A stretch of DNA of 64,000 nucleotides from Felis catus (GCF_018350175.1 NC_058368.1:55492001-55556000); one strand, 5' to 3'. Positions 38,589-52,219 are shown, numbered from the stretch's first letter. The notes: generated by a model not told the origin, from the sequence alone. Program-made: numbers and translations.

Positions 38589-38799
38589 TTTTTTTTAACG
38601 TTTTTATTTATTTTTGAGACAGGGAGAGACAGAGCATGAACAGGGGAGGGTCAGAGAGAGGGAGACACAGAATCTGAAACAGGCTCTAGGCTCTGAGCTG
38701 TCAGCACAGAGCCCGATGCGGGGCGCGAACTCACGGACTGCGAGATCATGACCTGAGCCAAGGTCGGCTGCTTAACCAACTGAGCCACCCAGGCGCCCC
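38589..38799 (-). mobile_element. CanSINE
   Basis: Perfect 22-bp TSD tgaatctattacttgaatttga. Confidence 0.97.
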
Positions 38800-39238
38800 T
38801 GAATCTATTACTTGAATTTGAATACTCCAATTATTATTTGTTTATAACATCACTTTTTAGAAAATGATATTTTCCTTCTGGATGAGTTCCATGAATGCAA
38901 AAGATACATCTTATCTTTTTGTTGTTATTGTTTGATACTCTAATGCACATAGTGAAGTGCTCAATGAATGTCAATTTGGTGGAATTGACTAAAAAATATA
39001 AAGCAACCCCCCCGCCCCCTTTATTCATACTGAGGCTTAAATGAATGCCCACTGGATTCACTGACTGTGTTCTAAGTGAAGAAATCCTTAGTGATAATTA
39101 TCAACTTATCTGCATTTCCCTTAATATATAACTTCAATGGTTGTTTTTTTTTTTTTTTTTGCATTAAGACAAGAATAAGAATTAAGAAGTGCTCAAATGT
39201 GAACTAATGCATAGCAAATTTTCATGGGTTTCTTCTAG

Positions 39239-39308
39239 AAGGCAGAGTCATAAAGAGACATTCTATGTTCTTTCAAAGAACATATCTACAAACTCTTGAA
39301 ACTCAAGA
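39239..39308 (+). pseudogene. Candidate relic exon E (70 nt, open)
   Basis: tttcttctAG| ... |GTGAGT; EGRVIKRHSMFFQRTYLQTLETQ. Confidence 0.4.
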
Positions 39309-40029
39309 GTGAGTTTTATTTTCTCTATGGAAAATAATTGCTAGAAGAGAGAATTTAGGAGGGGCTGAGGAGGAACCATATATTATAAGCATGCATTAGG
39401 CTTGGTGAGGTTTAAAGAAATTGAATAGTACTGTAAAATTTGGTACATCTATTTTCTATGCTCAAATTTTGAAAAAAATGATTTGAAAACATGAATACAT
39501 TGATATTATTTGCATTTCCTTTGCTCTACCTGCCATTGGCTTCCTTTGTGGTATCTCAAAAAATAAATACATCTGTTTAAGTTTTTTTTTAATGTAAAAT
39601 TAAATAAAGATGAAATCTTCAGGCCAAATGAGGTCAATTTCCCATGGTGCACTGAGGTTAGCATATGCTGTATTATATAATTTAAACAATTCTCCCCTTT
39701 GTATACTTGGATCAAAGGCAGAATGAGTTAGTTGGTAATTGCCTTTTACTACGTGTTCCAGAATCAAGGTTGACTAATACAGTGACAGGGGTAGAAAAAC
39801 TCAAAGGTCATCTTGGTTAACCATGGAAATAATTTTTAATGTAGTTTGCATCTAATACCTATCACTTACACATAATTACAAAAGAGAAATAAATGATTTC
39901 CACAGTGTGACTGAATCATCTTTTGTGACCATGGCCTTGATATCAGAAATTTCTGATGTCATATCACTCAGTCTTTCCAAATACATATGAAGTCTGGCTT
40001 TCTTTACACTTTTTAAAAGTTTTCTTTTC

Positions 40030-40410
40030 TTTTCTTTTCTTTTCTCTTCTCTTCTTTTCTTTTCTTTTCACTTAAATTTTAGCTAGTTAACGTACAGTGC
40101 AATGTTAGTTTCAGGAGTAGAATTCAGTGATTCATCACTTACGTACAACACCCAGTGCTCATCCAAACAAGTGCCCTCCTTGATACCCATCACCCTTCTA
40201 GCCCATCTCCCATCTACCTCCCTCCATCACCCCTCAGTTTGTTCTCTATTATTCAGTCTCTTATGGTTTGTTTCCCTTTCTTATCTTCTCCCTGCTTCCC
40301 ACATGTTCATATGTTTTGTTTCTTCAATTCCAAATATGAGTGATGAATGGATAAAAGAGTTGTGATATACATATACAATGGAATATTACTGAGCTATCAA
40401 AAATAATAAA
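40030..40410 (-). mobile_element. Short carnivore L1 3' end with 5' inversion (twin priming)
   Basis: Minus-strand 3'UTR up to 40343, then sense ORF2-end piece gatgaatggataaa...caatggaatattact; probable TSD aaagttt..ttttct. Confidence 0.85.
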
Positions 40411-40739
40411 GTTTATTTTCTATGTGTTGAATTTAAACGTAGCATTTAGAATATAAATGTGTTTACTATAGCACTGTTGTACAAGATAAGTTATTTTCTC
40501 ATTATTTAAACATGCTTCATTATCAGATTTGATGTTTTGTTTCAAAAATAAGCTTAGATCTATATGCCAATTTATTTTTCCTGTGCTGCCAATTTATTTT
40601 TTTTTCTCCTTAGTTTCTTTAATGGAACATCAAATTTTTTAAAAGAGGCAATCAAAGGTGGTATAATATAAATGAAAGTGAGATTAGTACTCATAGTAGA
40701 AGATAATTTGTCAGACAACATATGTATTTTCCTAGTGTT

Positions 40740-41350
40740 TCTCAGATTAATCAATTACTTAAATCTAAAATATGTATTTGGATATTTACGTCTCTCAGAT
40801 ACTCATCTATATACTGGAGACATACAGGGGTGGAGAAGAAAGGTGTGGTTTGTTTTCTGGTTCTACAGTATGAGTGGAGGGAATAGGAATTAACAAGGAA
40901 ATAAACATATTAGTTATTTCAAATAGTGATAAACATTACAAGGAAAATGAAGCAGAGACATGTGATGGAAGTGAATGAGCATGCTAATGGTATTGCATGG
41001 TTGTTGAAAGTTTCTAAATAGATGGCATTTTTCAGGTTGGCTTTGGATTAATCATTGGCTTTGAAGAAGCCCAGTTTAAGGAGGGAACAAGTACAAAAAT
41101 CCTGAAACGAAAGTGTTGAAATTGCACTGAGAAATACTAGAGTGTTTCAAGTCCCGAAATGGTACGACCTTATACAATTTTTGAAAAGTCATTCTAGTTG
41201 TTAAATGGGTCAAAACGTGGTGGTAAGTTCATATATGTAAGTGATACTTGTGAAGTGATGCTTTGGTGAAGATGGTATCATGGAGAAGAGTGAAGTGAAA
41301 TAATTCAAGCTGTATTTTGATGATGGAGAAAAGTTTTGTTGATAAATAAG
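40740..41350. mobile_element. L2-like ancient LINE remnant
   Basis: Purine-rich diverged L2-type motifs (gagggaacaagtacaaaaatcctga). Confidence 0.5.
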
Positions 41351-42155
41351 TGGAAATAAGAGTAAAGGAGAATATAGACATAAAATATCTAAACAGATAA
41401 AATATTAACTTATCTTTCAAATTTCCCATTTGGTTTACTAAATATTTAGTGAATTTTAGTATTTCTTAAAATAAGCAAAACACCAGGTTTTAAGTTTTCA
41501 GTTGGAAGACCTAACTTGTAACTAATTATTGAAATCAGGCTGAAAGAGCCATTTTTAATCATCTTAAGCCAGTCCTGGGAATCAAAGCATACTTAGCTCT
41601 AATCCGATTGCTGACATTGACCCCTTTTTTTGCCTTTAGAAAATTACTTAATCCTTTTGCTTACATTTGCTGTTTGTAGAATGAAGATAATAAGGCACTA
41701 TTATATTAAGTAGAAATGCTATCAAATAAAACAGTAAGCTGACATCTCAAACATACAAAATTTATTTTGAAACATCTTACTTTTTATGTGTTTGAGAAGT
41801 ATTGCTAAAAAGTAAGCAAAATGAATTAAGTTTCATAAATTTATGTTATATGAGTCATCAGTTAAAAACAAAGAAATGTAAATATTTGTGCTAAAACACA
41901 ACTTATTTAAAAATAAAAACTATATTCCTTGAAAAGGTTAGCACTTTTGTTATGATTATATTTAAGATATGTGGCAGTAAACCTCTAAATCAGCTTGAAT
42001 TAATGTGTAGTGCATTAATGAGAAACTTGTCTTTTTTTCCTATGGATATAAATATTAAAAAAAACCAGCAAAAATAAATCAAAGTAAGAACAAAACCAAC
42101 TTTCTGCTCTAAACAGAAACTAACCTTTTTTGTTTGTCTGTTTGTTTGTTTTTAG

Positions 42156-42432
42156 AAAGAATCATCACTTATGAATATAGAATCTCTTCTGGCAATCAAG
42201 TGACTAATGTTAGGGGTCACAGGGTTTTCATAATCAAGATTTCACCACACCCATACCTGAAGTCACTAATGACTACTCCTAATAGTTACACTTTCCCTGG
42301 AGCAAGAGGAAAAGCTGGCAACAAGAGTTCACTTAACCATATCACATATTTCCAGGCTGTAACATAGGGTTAATAAAAAGTGAGAAACACTAAGAAGATC
42401 TATAATTAATTCCAAATATTCAGAGATATAAA
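42156..42432 (+). pseudogene. Relic exon F: PKD domain
   Basis: Long pyrimidine tract + AG, |GTAAGT donor; about 70 open codons including NSYTFPGARGKAGNKSS (HxYxxPG...AxNxxS). Confidence 0.6.
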
Positions 42433-42978
42433 GTAAGTGATCATGAAGCGATTAAACTGGTCAGTAATTTTCTATTCAGTTTCATTTTGTAGCTTCACCT
42501 ACATGGCACTTGCATTTTCCATAGATATTTTATTGTAAATAAAGTCAATATCAAGCACAATGTCCATATGACATGGAGCTATAAAGGGGAATGCCCTGTC
42601 TGTATAATAAAAGTAGTCAACATATAGTATCCACTCATAATTGCTTAGGCATTAAGGTAAATGCTTTAAATACATAATTTCATTAAATTTCACAAGATTC
42701 ATATGGTACTTCTGCAAGGGTAAATCTTATAATTACCTATTTTAGTAGTTGAAAAATCTGACACACTAATTTCAATGACTAATGTTATACAGTAGGTGAA
42801 TGGTTTAGTTATTAGTCAAACCCAGAGCTTTCTAATTCCAAAACTATACTACATATCTCCTTTGTACCACTAAAATGATGATACATAATTTTAACACATT
42901 GCTATTTAAGAATTAATTTAAAACTTTTCTTGAAGTGTAAATATTGAATGAATTAACCTGTATTAAGAATCTATTTCA

Positions 42979-43194
42979 GGGGCGCCTGGGTGGCGCAGTC
43001 GGTTAAGCCTCCGACTTCAGCCAGGTCACGATCTCGCCGTCCGTGAGTTCGAGCCCCGCGTCAGGCTCTGGGCTGATGGCTCAGAGCCTGGAGCCTGTTT
43101 CCGATTCTGTGTCTCCCTCTCTCTGCCCCTCCCCCGTTCATGCTCTCTCTCTGTCCCAAAAATAAATAAACGTTGAAAAAAAATAAAAAAAAAA
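42979..43194 (+). mobile_element. Young felid SINE
   Basis: Perfect TSD aagaatctatttca. Confidence 0.97.
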
Positions 43195-43355
43195 AAGAAT
43201 CTATTTCATTTAACTTTCCTAATGATGTAATATATGCTTGTAGAAAAGGACAAAAAAAGAGTGTAAGGAATAGAATTTCATTCAAAATTTGCCAAATTGA
43301 TATTTTAATAAAACAGAATATATTACATTACATAGAATTAGTAACTATAAATAAT

Positions 43356-43490
43356 TTTTTAACGTTTATTCATTTTTTTGAGAGAGAGAAACACAGAGCA
43401 CCAGTGGGGGAGGGGCAGCACAGAGCCTGATGTGGGGCTCGAACCCATGAACTGTGAGATCATCACCTGAGTCAAAATCAGACACTTAAC
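43356..43490 (-). mobile_element. Truncated, internally deleted CanSINE
   Basis: TSD aactRtaaataat. Confidence 0.85.
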
Positions 43491-44299
43491 TGTAAATAAT
43501 CAGATAATCTGATGATAGTACATCATTTTTATTCTATGCCATTAAATGAAAGTTTCATTTTGAAAAAAGAATTGATAAAATTTTTGTTTCAGTTAGCTCT
43601 GATTATAAGCATAGACACTAACTGTAGCAAATTTCAGAAGCCATAGAAAGGATCAAGGGAAGACTAGAGATTTCAAAGTAAAGCTGGATATTCAAGTATC
43701 AGACAGAATGGAAACAAAAACATGAAATCTAAGATGTGATCTAATTAATGGAAATTAATGGAAATGTCGTGGAACAATTTTCAGGATAAATAACATAGCA
43801 ATTTATTCTTGTATTATTCCCCATGTGTCAAATTTGAGAGACAGAGTTGGAGGGACTAAGGTTGAATTCCATGTTCATGAATTGGGCAGGGAAATTTAAT
43901 TTACTGCATTTATCATCAATTGAAGGATAGTTAATTCTCCAGAGGCATGCTCATGAAGTGGGAATAATGAGGACTAAAGTGATGGAAATGTAAATAGAGA
44001 GGGAGCAAGGAATCCAGAGGAATGAAGGGAGAGAATTGCTGCATGCCATTACACAGGCTTTGGTCATACATTCCATTTTTTGTTATGTGGCAGAAACCCA
44101 TGGATCAACCAGACTATTTTTTAATATTTTCAGCCCATCCAATGCTCTATATCATGCAGAAAAGTCAATCTATTTAAGGCTTGGCAACTCCTTCACTTAG
44201 CAGCTTTAACCACATTGTTTTCTGGCTGGGACAAATCAGTCTTCTGATGATGTGGGGTTGGCTCACATACAGAAAATCTTCTTCAGGAGTATACCTTAT

Positions 44300-44527
44300 T
44301 TCCATTTTATTTTATTAAAAAAAGTTAATGTTTATTTTTGAGAGAGAGAGAGATAGAGCGCATGATCGGGAGAGAGTCAGAGAAAGAGGGGGACAGAGAA
44401 TCTGAAGCAGGCTCCAGGCTCTGAGCTCTCAGCACAGAGCCTGATGCAGGTCTCGAACTCAGGGACTCTGAGATCATGACCTGAGCCGAAGTCAGCCTCT
44501 TAACCTACTGAGCCACCTAGGTGCCCC
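44300..44527 (-). mobile_element. CanSINE
   Basis: TSD gagtatac. Confidence 0.93.
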
Positions 44528-44627
44528 GAAGAGTATACTTTAATATGGAGTATCCAATATCCCATTACCATGATTATACAACCTAAGTTTTCACCTTGTT
44601 TCAAAAAAAGAGATAGTTTTATAGTGC

Positions 44628-44822
44628 TTTTTTTTTTTAAAGTTTATTTATTTTGAGTGAGAGAGAGAGCAGGGGAGGGGCAGAGAGATAGAGAATTCCA
44701 AACAGGCTCAGGCTGTCAGAGCAGAACCCAACACAGACCCGACCCCATGAACAGTGAGATCATGACCTGAGCCAAAATCAAGAGTTGGGCACTTAACTGT
44801 CTGAGCCACCCATGGCACCCCC
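44628..44822 (-). mobile_element. CanSINE
   Basis: SINE body. Confidence 0.92.
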
Positions 44823-45031
44823 AGATAGTGTGGCTTTTAAGGAGTGGGTTTGACTGCAAAAATTTAGATTGGTTCTTTATTTTCTCATTCTCTAATGGTT
44901 AAGAATTAATATTGTAAACTGGATTAATATTGTAAACTCATCCCAGAGCCCCCAAACTAGTCAATTTCTACTCCAAGATTTTCCATGGGAACTTGACATA
45001 AAGGAAATCACTTCAATAGGAATAAATTTCT

Positions 45032-45256
45032 GGGGCTCCTGCAAGTCTCGGTCGGTTAAGCATCCAACTCTGGTTTAGGTCATAATCTCGCAGTTTGTGA
45101 GTTTGAGCCCTGCATCTGGCTCTCTGCTGATAGCTTGGAGCTTGGAACCTGCTTCAGATTCTGTGTCTGTTTCTCTCTCCATCCCTCCCCGCTTGTACTC
45201 TATATTTCTCTCTGTCTCAAAAACAAAAAAATATTAAAAAATTAAAATTAAAAAAA
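45032..45256 (+). mobile_element. CanSINE
   Basis: SINE body and A-tail. Confidence 0.92.
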
Positions 45257-45403
45257 GAGGACTAAAGTTACATTATAGCAACCAGAACCCACTCCCCAAA
45301 ACTTAGAGACCTTTCACTATTACCTTCAAATGCATCAAAGTCAGCATGAAAGACTAGGAAAGGTTAAGTCTAAGACAGCACTGTTACTGTTATTCTTTAA
45401 TAG

Positions 45404-45653
45404 CAAGCACTACTCATTTTAATGCTGTCAACTCCCAAGTTAATCATAGCCAAAGTTGTAACAACTGCCTAGTTTCCATACTGCTTAGTTTTTTCTTCCT
45501 TTCACGCTCAGTATTTGTGGTTATCTCAATAACTATTACCTGAAAGGAGATGAAACTTTCTAAGCAGCACAGATGTTCAGACTATTTGGAATAACAGGCA
45601 CGTCTAAGAGTGTCAGATGGGTGACAACCAGTAACAACTAGACGACTGTTCAG
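45404..45653 (+). pseudogene. Candidate decayed exon (possible REJ start, AQYLW)
   Basis: AG acceptor, CAG|GTAACC donor; several stops. Confidence 0.25.
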
Positions 45654-45729
45654 GTAACCGGCAACACGTTCTTAGTTATTTATACGTCTTTATTTCACCT
45701 TAATTTTGGGGTTATACTTTCAGTTATAC

Positions 45730-46790
45730 AGAATTCTGTGTTGATATTTATTTATTTTTATTTTAGTGTTTGAAAGATATTTTTCAATTGACTTCTTGTC
45801 TCCATTGTTTTTGATGAAAGGTCAGTTATTACATTTTCATTTCTTTTGTATAATCTGTTTTATTTCTCTATTTTAAGACATACTCTTTATTTTGAGTTTT
45901 GAGAAATTTGCCCTTTTGTGCTTAAGTATTGTTTTCTTTGTGTATATTTTGTTTGAGGTTTACTGAGCTTCTGGGATCACTAAGTTTGTATTCATTGATT
46001 TTGGAGAATTTTGCATTTTATTACCTCAAATTTTTTTTTCTTTTGCCTTTTCTATCATATCTCCCTATGGTATTCAAATTACATGTCTGTTAGGCAGGTT
46101 GATATTGCCCACCTAATAATGAGGCTTTTTAAAATTTTTTGTCAGTATTTTTCTCCTTGGTCTTTATCTCAGTAATTTATTGTTAAGTGTATTGTCCTTA
46201 ACTTCTATTATTTATATATTCTGCTGTTAAATCCATCTAGTGAATTTTTCACGTCATATGTTGTAACTTTCATTTATTTATTTTTTTAAAAAGTTTTTAA
46301 TGTTCACTTATTTTTGAGAGAGAGACAGAGGACAAAGAGGGAGGGGGCAGACAGAGACAGAGACACAGAATCCAAAGCAGGCTCCAGGCTCTGAGCTGTC
46401 AGTACAGAGTCTCATTTGGGGTTTGAACCCACAAGCTATGATATCATACTCTCTGAGCTGAAGTTGGATGCTCCACTGACTGAGCCACCCAGGCACCCTG
46501 TAACTTTCATTTATAAAAATGTTAATTTACTAAGTTTTTACTTTTCTACTGAGATTCTCAATCTATTCTTTCTTTATGACCATATTTTCATTATACTTAA
46601 AAAATTATTTATTATAACTAGTTTAACACATTTTCTGCTAATTTCAACATCTGAGTTACAACAGTTTTTCTCTTTTGCAATCTTTTCCCCTTGACTAGGC
46701 CTCATTTCCTGTCCCTTTTTATCTCTAATTTTTTAATTTAATTTTTTTTTATTATTACTTTGTATCAGACATTGAACATAACATGTCACA
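45730..46790 (-). mobile_element. Old L1M (ORF1 region) fragment
   Basis: T-rich diverged L1 ORF1 antisense motifs (ttactgagcttctggg). Confidence 0.65.
46276..46498 (-). mobile_element. CanSINE
   Basis: Perfect TSD tgtaactttcattt. Confidence 0.95.
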
Positions 46791-47938
46791 ATGATTTAGG
46801 GGGAGGAGCCAAGATGGCAGAACAGCATGGAAGTTTTTTGTGTGTCTTGTGCCCATGAAATACAGCCAGACCAACACTAATCCATCCTACACACCTAGAA
46901 AACTGACTGGAAGATTAACACAACAATCTGCACACCCTGAACCACAGAATTCAGCAAGAACGCAGTGCAGAGAAGTGAATTTGGGAGTGAGAAGGAGCAG
47001 GAAGGGAGGTGCTTTTGTGAGCGGAGAGAGGATGGAGACGGGGGTGGGGGGGGGGAATACGGGAAAAGCACCCCTCCCCAAAAGCAGCTGGAGAGAAAGT
47101 GGAACATTGGAAACAGCTGCAGGGACTAAACTAAAAAGGGAGAAAGGAGAGGGTTTAAATTACATTAAGACTGTAAACTAGGGGAGTGAAAAGGCTGCAA
47201 CTCTGCAGCTTGATACCTGGCAGTGCTCTGGTGGGAGGGCGAATCCCCAGAAACAGAGTGGGGTCCAGAAGGTTCTCAGGCCACATGGGGAAAAGCGGTT
47301 CCACTGCTGGAAGGACATTTGCCACCTGGTCCCAGAAACGGCCACATTCGCTGGTGCTGGGGCAAGGTCGTTAAGGGTGAAGGCTGGTGCCATATGTGTC
47401 TTGTGATTTTCCATAATCCCTGAAAGCTGCCGCTACACTATCTCACAAACTTTTCTGGGGCAGGCTGGCACCTGGCCACAGTCTCAGGGCACCGGCAGCA
47501 TCAGGGTTCACCAAGCGTTCCTTGGTGCAGCTGATATTCGGCCATTGCTCATTAGGCCATTGCTCAGTGAGACCCTCCTGCAGAGGGGTGGAACGGGTCA
47601 AAGCCACAGTCCTTCAGAAATAAGGGACTGGGGAAAACAGCCACATCAGAGGCAAAACTCGGGAGAGAGGTACTGCCTGGGGTCTGGTCACGGAGAAGGA
47701 AAAAGCGGGGAGTGGACGAAAGCTGAAGACAGAGGATGGGTGCGCCATTACTGATTCAGGATAACAGACTGGATAGCTGGGGAGCACTATTTTAACCACT
47801 CCCATGCATGCGCATACCTACCTACCAGCGCTGCAACAATCTACCCCAATAGGCTAGAAATGCCATCTAGTGGAGAACAGAGCCATTACACTGAGCCCTG
47901 CCCACTGGGCCAACTTCACTCTCAAGAACACAGGTCTC

Positions 47939-48165
47939 CGGGCACCTGGGTGGCGCAGTCGGTTAAGTGTCTGACTTCAGCCAGGTCACGATCTCGCGGT
48001 CCGTGAGTTCGAGCCCCGCGTCAGGCTCTGGGCTGATGGCTCAGAGCCTGGAGCCTGTTTCCGATTCTGTGTCTCCCTCTCTCTCTGCCCCTCCCCCGTT
48101 CATGCTCTGTCTCTCTCTGTTCCAAAAATAAATAAACGTTGAAAAAAAATTAAAAAAAAAAAAAA
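47939..48165 (+). mobile_element. Young felid SINE in L1 5'UTR
   Basis: Perfect TSD aagaacacaggtctc. Confidence 0.97.
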
Positions 48166-48289
48166 AAGAACACAGGTCTCACCACAGGCTTAGTTTATGG
48201 ACTATAAAGCACTACATAGACTGACTTCTAGGGGAAAACGAAATAATTTCAGTCCTACTTCAATCTGTTAGCATCTATTCAATTTTCTT

Positions 48290-48950
48290 CCTTCCTTTTT
48301 TTTCTCTTTTACACTTTTCTTTTTCTGGAATACAGAAAGAGAAAAAACTTTTTTAAATTTTTATTTAAATATTTTTCTTTAATTTTTATTACTATATTTT
48401 TTACTTTTGTATAAATTTTCTCGAATTCTATTTTACTTCCATCATTTTATTTTAGTCTACTTCAGTGTATTAACCTTTTCAAATTTTCAAATGATTTCCT
48501 TTTTTCTCTTTTTCTTTTTTCCTCTTTTTCATTTCTTTTCTTTTTCTTGAATGCAGAAAGAGAAAACCTTCATTTTTACTTTCAATTTCTATTAAAAATA
48601 TTTTTCTTTAATTTTTTTACTATATTTTTGCTTTTATGTAAATTTTTCAAACTATTAACTTCCATCATTTTATTTTAGTCTACTACAGTGTATTCACTTT
48701 TTCAAATTTTCGAATGATTTCCTTTTTTCTCTTTCTTTTTTTTTTATCTTTTTTCATTTCTTTTTTTTCTTGAATACAGAAAAAGAAAAGATTCATATTT
48801 ATTTTTAATTTTGATTAATTTTATTTAATTTGTTTCTACTTTATTTACTTTTGTGTATATTTTTTTAAATTCTATTTTACTCCCATCATCTCATTTTAGT
48901 CTACTTCAGTGTATTCATTTTTCAAATTCTCAAATGATTTCCTTTTTTTA
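48290..48950 (+). repeat. Three tandem ~222-bp T-rich units in the L1 5'UTR
   Basis: gaatRcagaaa recurs at 48328, 48549 and 48772. Confidence 0.9.
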
Positions 48951-49157
48951 AAATTTTTCAGTTTTTTAATGTGGTTGTCTCCCCCCTTTTTTATCTAATC
49001 TGTCAAACCACTTTCAATACCCAGACAAATTACACCTATAATCTAGCATCATTTATTTGATTTTTGTGTTTTTAATTTTTTAATTTTAATGTTTTTTAAT
49101 TTTAATTTTTTTTTATTTCATTTTTTCTACCTAATTAATTCCTTTTCTCCCTTCAAA

Positions 49158-50037
49158 ATGATGAATGAAAGAATTCACCCTAAAAGAAACAGCATGAAGA
49201 AACGACAGCCAGGGATTTAACCAACACAGATACAAGCAAGATGTCTGAACCAGAATTTAGAATCACGATAACAAGAATACTAGCTGGAGTCGAAAATAGA
49301 TTAGAAGCCCTTTCTGCAGAGATAAAAGAAGTAAAAAAATAGCCAGAATGAAATTAAAAATGATATAACTGAGCTGCAATCATGGATGGATTCAGTGGTA
49401 GCAAGGATGGACGAGGCAGAACAGAGAATCAGCGATATAGAAGACAAACTTATAGAGAATAATGAGCAGAAAAAAAGAGGGAGATTAAGGCAAAAGAGCA
49501 CAATTTAAGAATTAGAGAAATCAGTGACTCATTAAAAAGGAACAACATCAGAATCATAGGGGCCCCAGAAGAGGAAGACAGAGAAATAGGGGTAGAAGGG
49601 TTATGTGAGCAAATCATAGCAGAAAACTCTCCTAACCTGGGGAAAGACACAGACATCAAAATCCAGGAAGCACAGAGGACAACCATTAGATTCAACAAAA
49701 AACGACCATCAACAAGGCATATTGTAGTCAAATTCACAAAATACTCAGGCAAGGAGATAATCATGAAAGCAGCAAGGGGAAAAAAGTCCCTAACTGACAA
49801 GGGAAGACAGATCAGGTTTGCAGCAGACCTATCCCCAGAAACTTGGCAGGCCAGAAAGGAGTGCGAGGATATATTCAGTGTGCTGAATTAGAAAAATATG
49901 CAGCCAAGAATCCTTTATCCAGAAGGCTGTCATTCAACATAGAAGGAGAGATAAAAAGTTTCCCAGGCAAACAAAAATTAAAGGAGTTTGAGACCACTAA
50001 ACCAGTCCTGTGAGAAATTTTAAGGGGGACTCTCTGA
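49158..50037 (+). pseudogene. L1 ORF1 (frameshifted)
   Basis: Homologous to 26085-26969. Confidence 0.95.
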
Positions 50038-50056
50038 GGGGAGAAAAGATGAAAAA

Positions 50057-50101
<45 letters not shown>

Positions 50102-52013
50102 TCAAAAGCAACAAATATTAGAAAGGACCAGAGAGCACCACCAGAAACTCCAACTCTACAAGCAAAATAATGGCAATACATTCATATCTTTCGGTGCTCA
50201 CTCTAAACATCAATGGACTCAATGCTCCAATCAAAAGACATAGGGTAACAGAATGGATAAGGAAACAAGATCCATCTATATGCTGTTTACAAGAGACCCA
50301 CTTTAGACCTGAGCACACCTTCAGATTGAAAGTAAGGGGACAGAGAACCATCTATCATGCTAATGATGAACAAAAAAAAGCCAGAGTAGCCATACTTATG
50401 TCAGACAAACTAGACTTTAAAATAAAGACTGTATTAAGAGATGCAGAAGGGCATTATATCATAATCAAGGGGTCTATAGACCAAGAAGACCTAAAAATTG
50501 TAAACATTTATGTGCCAAATGTGGCAGCACCCAAGTATATAAATCAATTAATCACAAACATAAAGAAACTCATCGATAGTAATACCATAATAGTAGAAGA
50601 TTTCAACGCCCCATTCACAGCAATGGACAGATCATCTACTCAAAAAATCAACAAGGAAACAATGGCTTTGAATGACACACTAGACTGGATGGACTTAATG
50701 GATATATTCAGAACATTTCATCCTAAAGCAGCAGAATATACATTCTTCTCCAGTGCACATGGAACGTTCTCCAGAATAGACCATATACTGGGACACAAGT
50801 CAGCCCTAAGTAAGTACAAAAAGATCAAGATCATACCGTGCATATTTTCAGACCACAATGCTATGAAACTCGAAATCAACCACAAGAAAAAATTTGGAAA
50901 GGTAACAAATACTTGGAGACTGAAGAACATCCTACTAAAGAATGAATGGGCTAACCAAGCAGTTAGAGAAGAAATTAAAAAGTATATGGAAGTCAATGAA
51001 AATGATAATACCACAACCCAAAACCTCTGGGACACAGCAAAGGCAGTCATAAGAGGAAAGTATATAGCAATCCAGGCCTTCCTAAAAAAGGAAGAAAGAT
51101 CTCAGATACACAACCTAACCTTATACCTTAAGGAGCCAGAAAAAGAACAGCAAATAAAACCCCAAACGACCAGAAGACAGGAAATAATAAAGATTAGAGC
51201 AGAAATTAATGCTATCAAAACCAAACCAAACCAAACCAAAACAAAACAGTAGAGCAGATCAATGAAACAAGAAGCTGGTTCTTTGAAAGAATTAACAAAA
51301 TTGATAAACCACTAGCCAGTTTGATCATGAAGAAAAAGGAAAGGACCCAAATAAGTAAAATCAAGAATGAGAGGAGAAATCACAACCAACACAACAGAAA
51401 TAAAAACAATAATAAGAGAATATTATGAACAATTATATGCCAATAAAATGGGCAATATGGAAGAAATGGGCAAATTCCTAAAAACATATACACTCCAAAA
51501 CTGAAACAGGAAGAAATAGAAAATTTGAACAGACCCATAACCAGTAAGGAACTCGAATTAGTAATCAAAAATCTGCCAAAAAACAAGAGTCCAGGGCCAG
51601 ATGGCTTTCCAGGGGAGTTCTACCAAACATTTAAGGAAGAGTTAACACCTATTCTCTTGAAACTGTTCCAAAAAATAGAAATGGAAGCAAAACTTCCAAA
51701 CTCTTTCTATGAAGCTAGCATTACCCTGATTCCAAAACCAGACAGAGACCCCACCAAAAAGGAGAACTATAGACCAATTTCCCTGATGAACATGGATGCC
51801 AAAATCCTCAACAAGATATTAGCCAACCGGCTCCAACAATACATTAGAAAAATTATTCACCACGACCAAGTAGGATTTATACCTGGGATGCAGGGCTGTT
51901 TCAATATCTAAAAAACAATTAACATGATTCATCACATCAATAAAAGAAAGGACAAGAACCATATCATCCTCTCAATAGATGCAGAGGAAGCATTTGACAA
52001 AATACAGAATCCT

Positions 52014-52219
52014 GGGGCGCCTGGGTGGCGCAGTTGGTTAAGCGTCCGACTTCAGCCAGGTCACAATCTCGCGGTCCGTGAGTTCGAGCCCCGCGTCAGG
52101 CTCTGGGCTGATGGCTCGGAGCCTGGAGCCTGTTTCGGATTCTGTGTCTCCCTCTCTCTCTGCCCCTCCCCCGTTCATGCTCTGCATCTCTCTGTCCCAA
52201 AAATAAATAAACGTTGAAA
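52014..52219 (+). mobile_element. Young felid SINE in L1 RT region
   Basis: Perfect TSD aaaatacagaatcct. Confidence 0.97.

Noticed and set aside
48290..48950. CRISPR-like or satellite array
   Set aside because: Eukaryotic L1-internal tandem units without unique spacers
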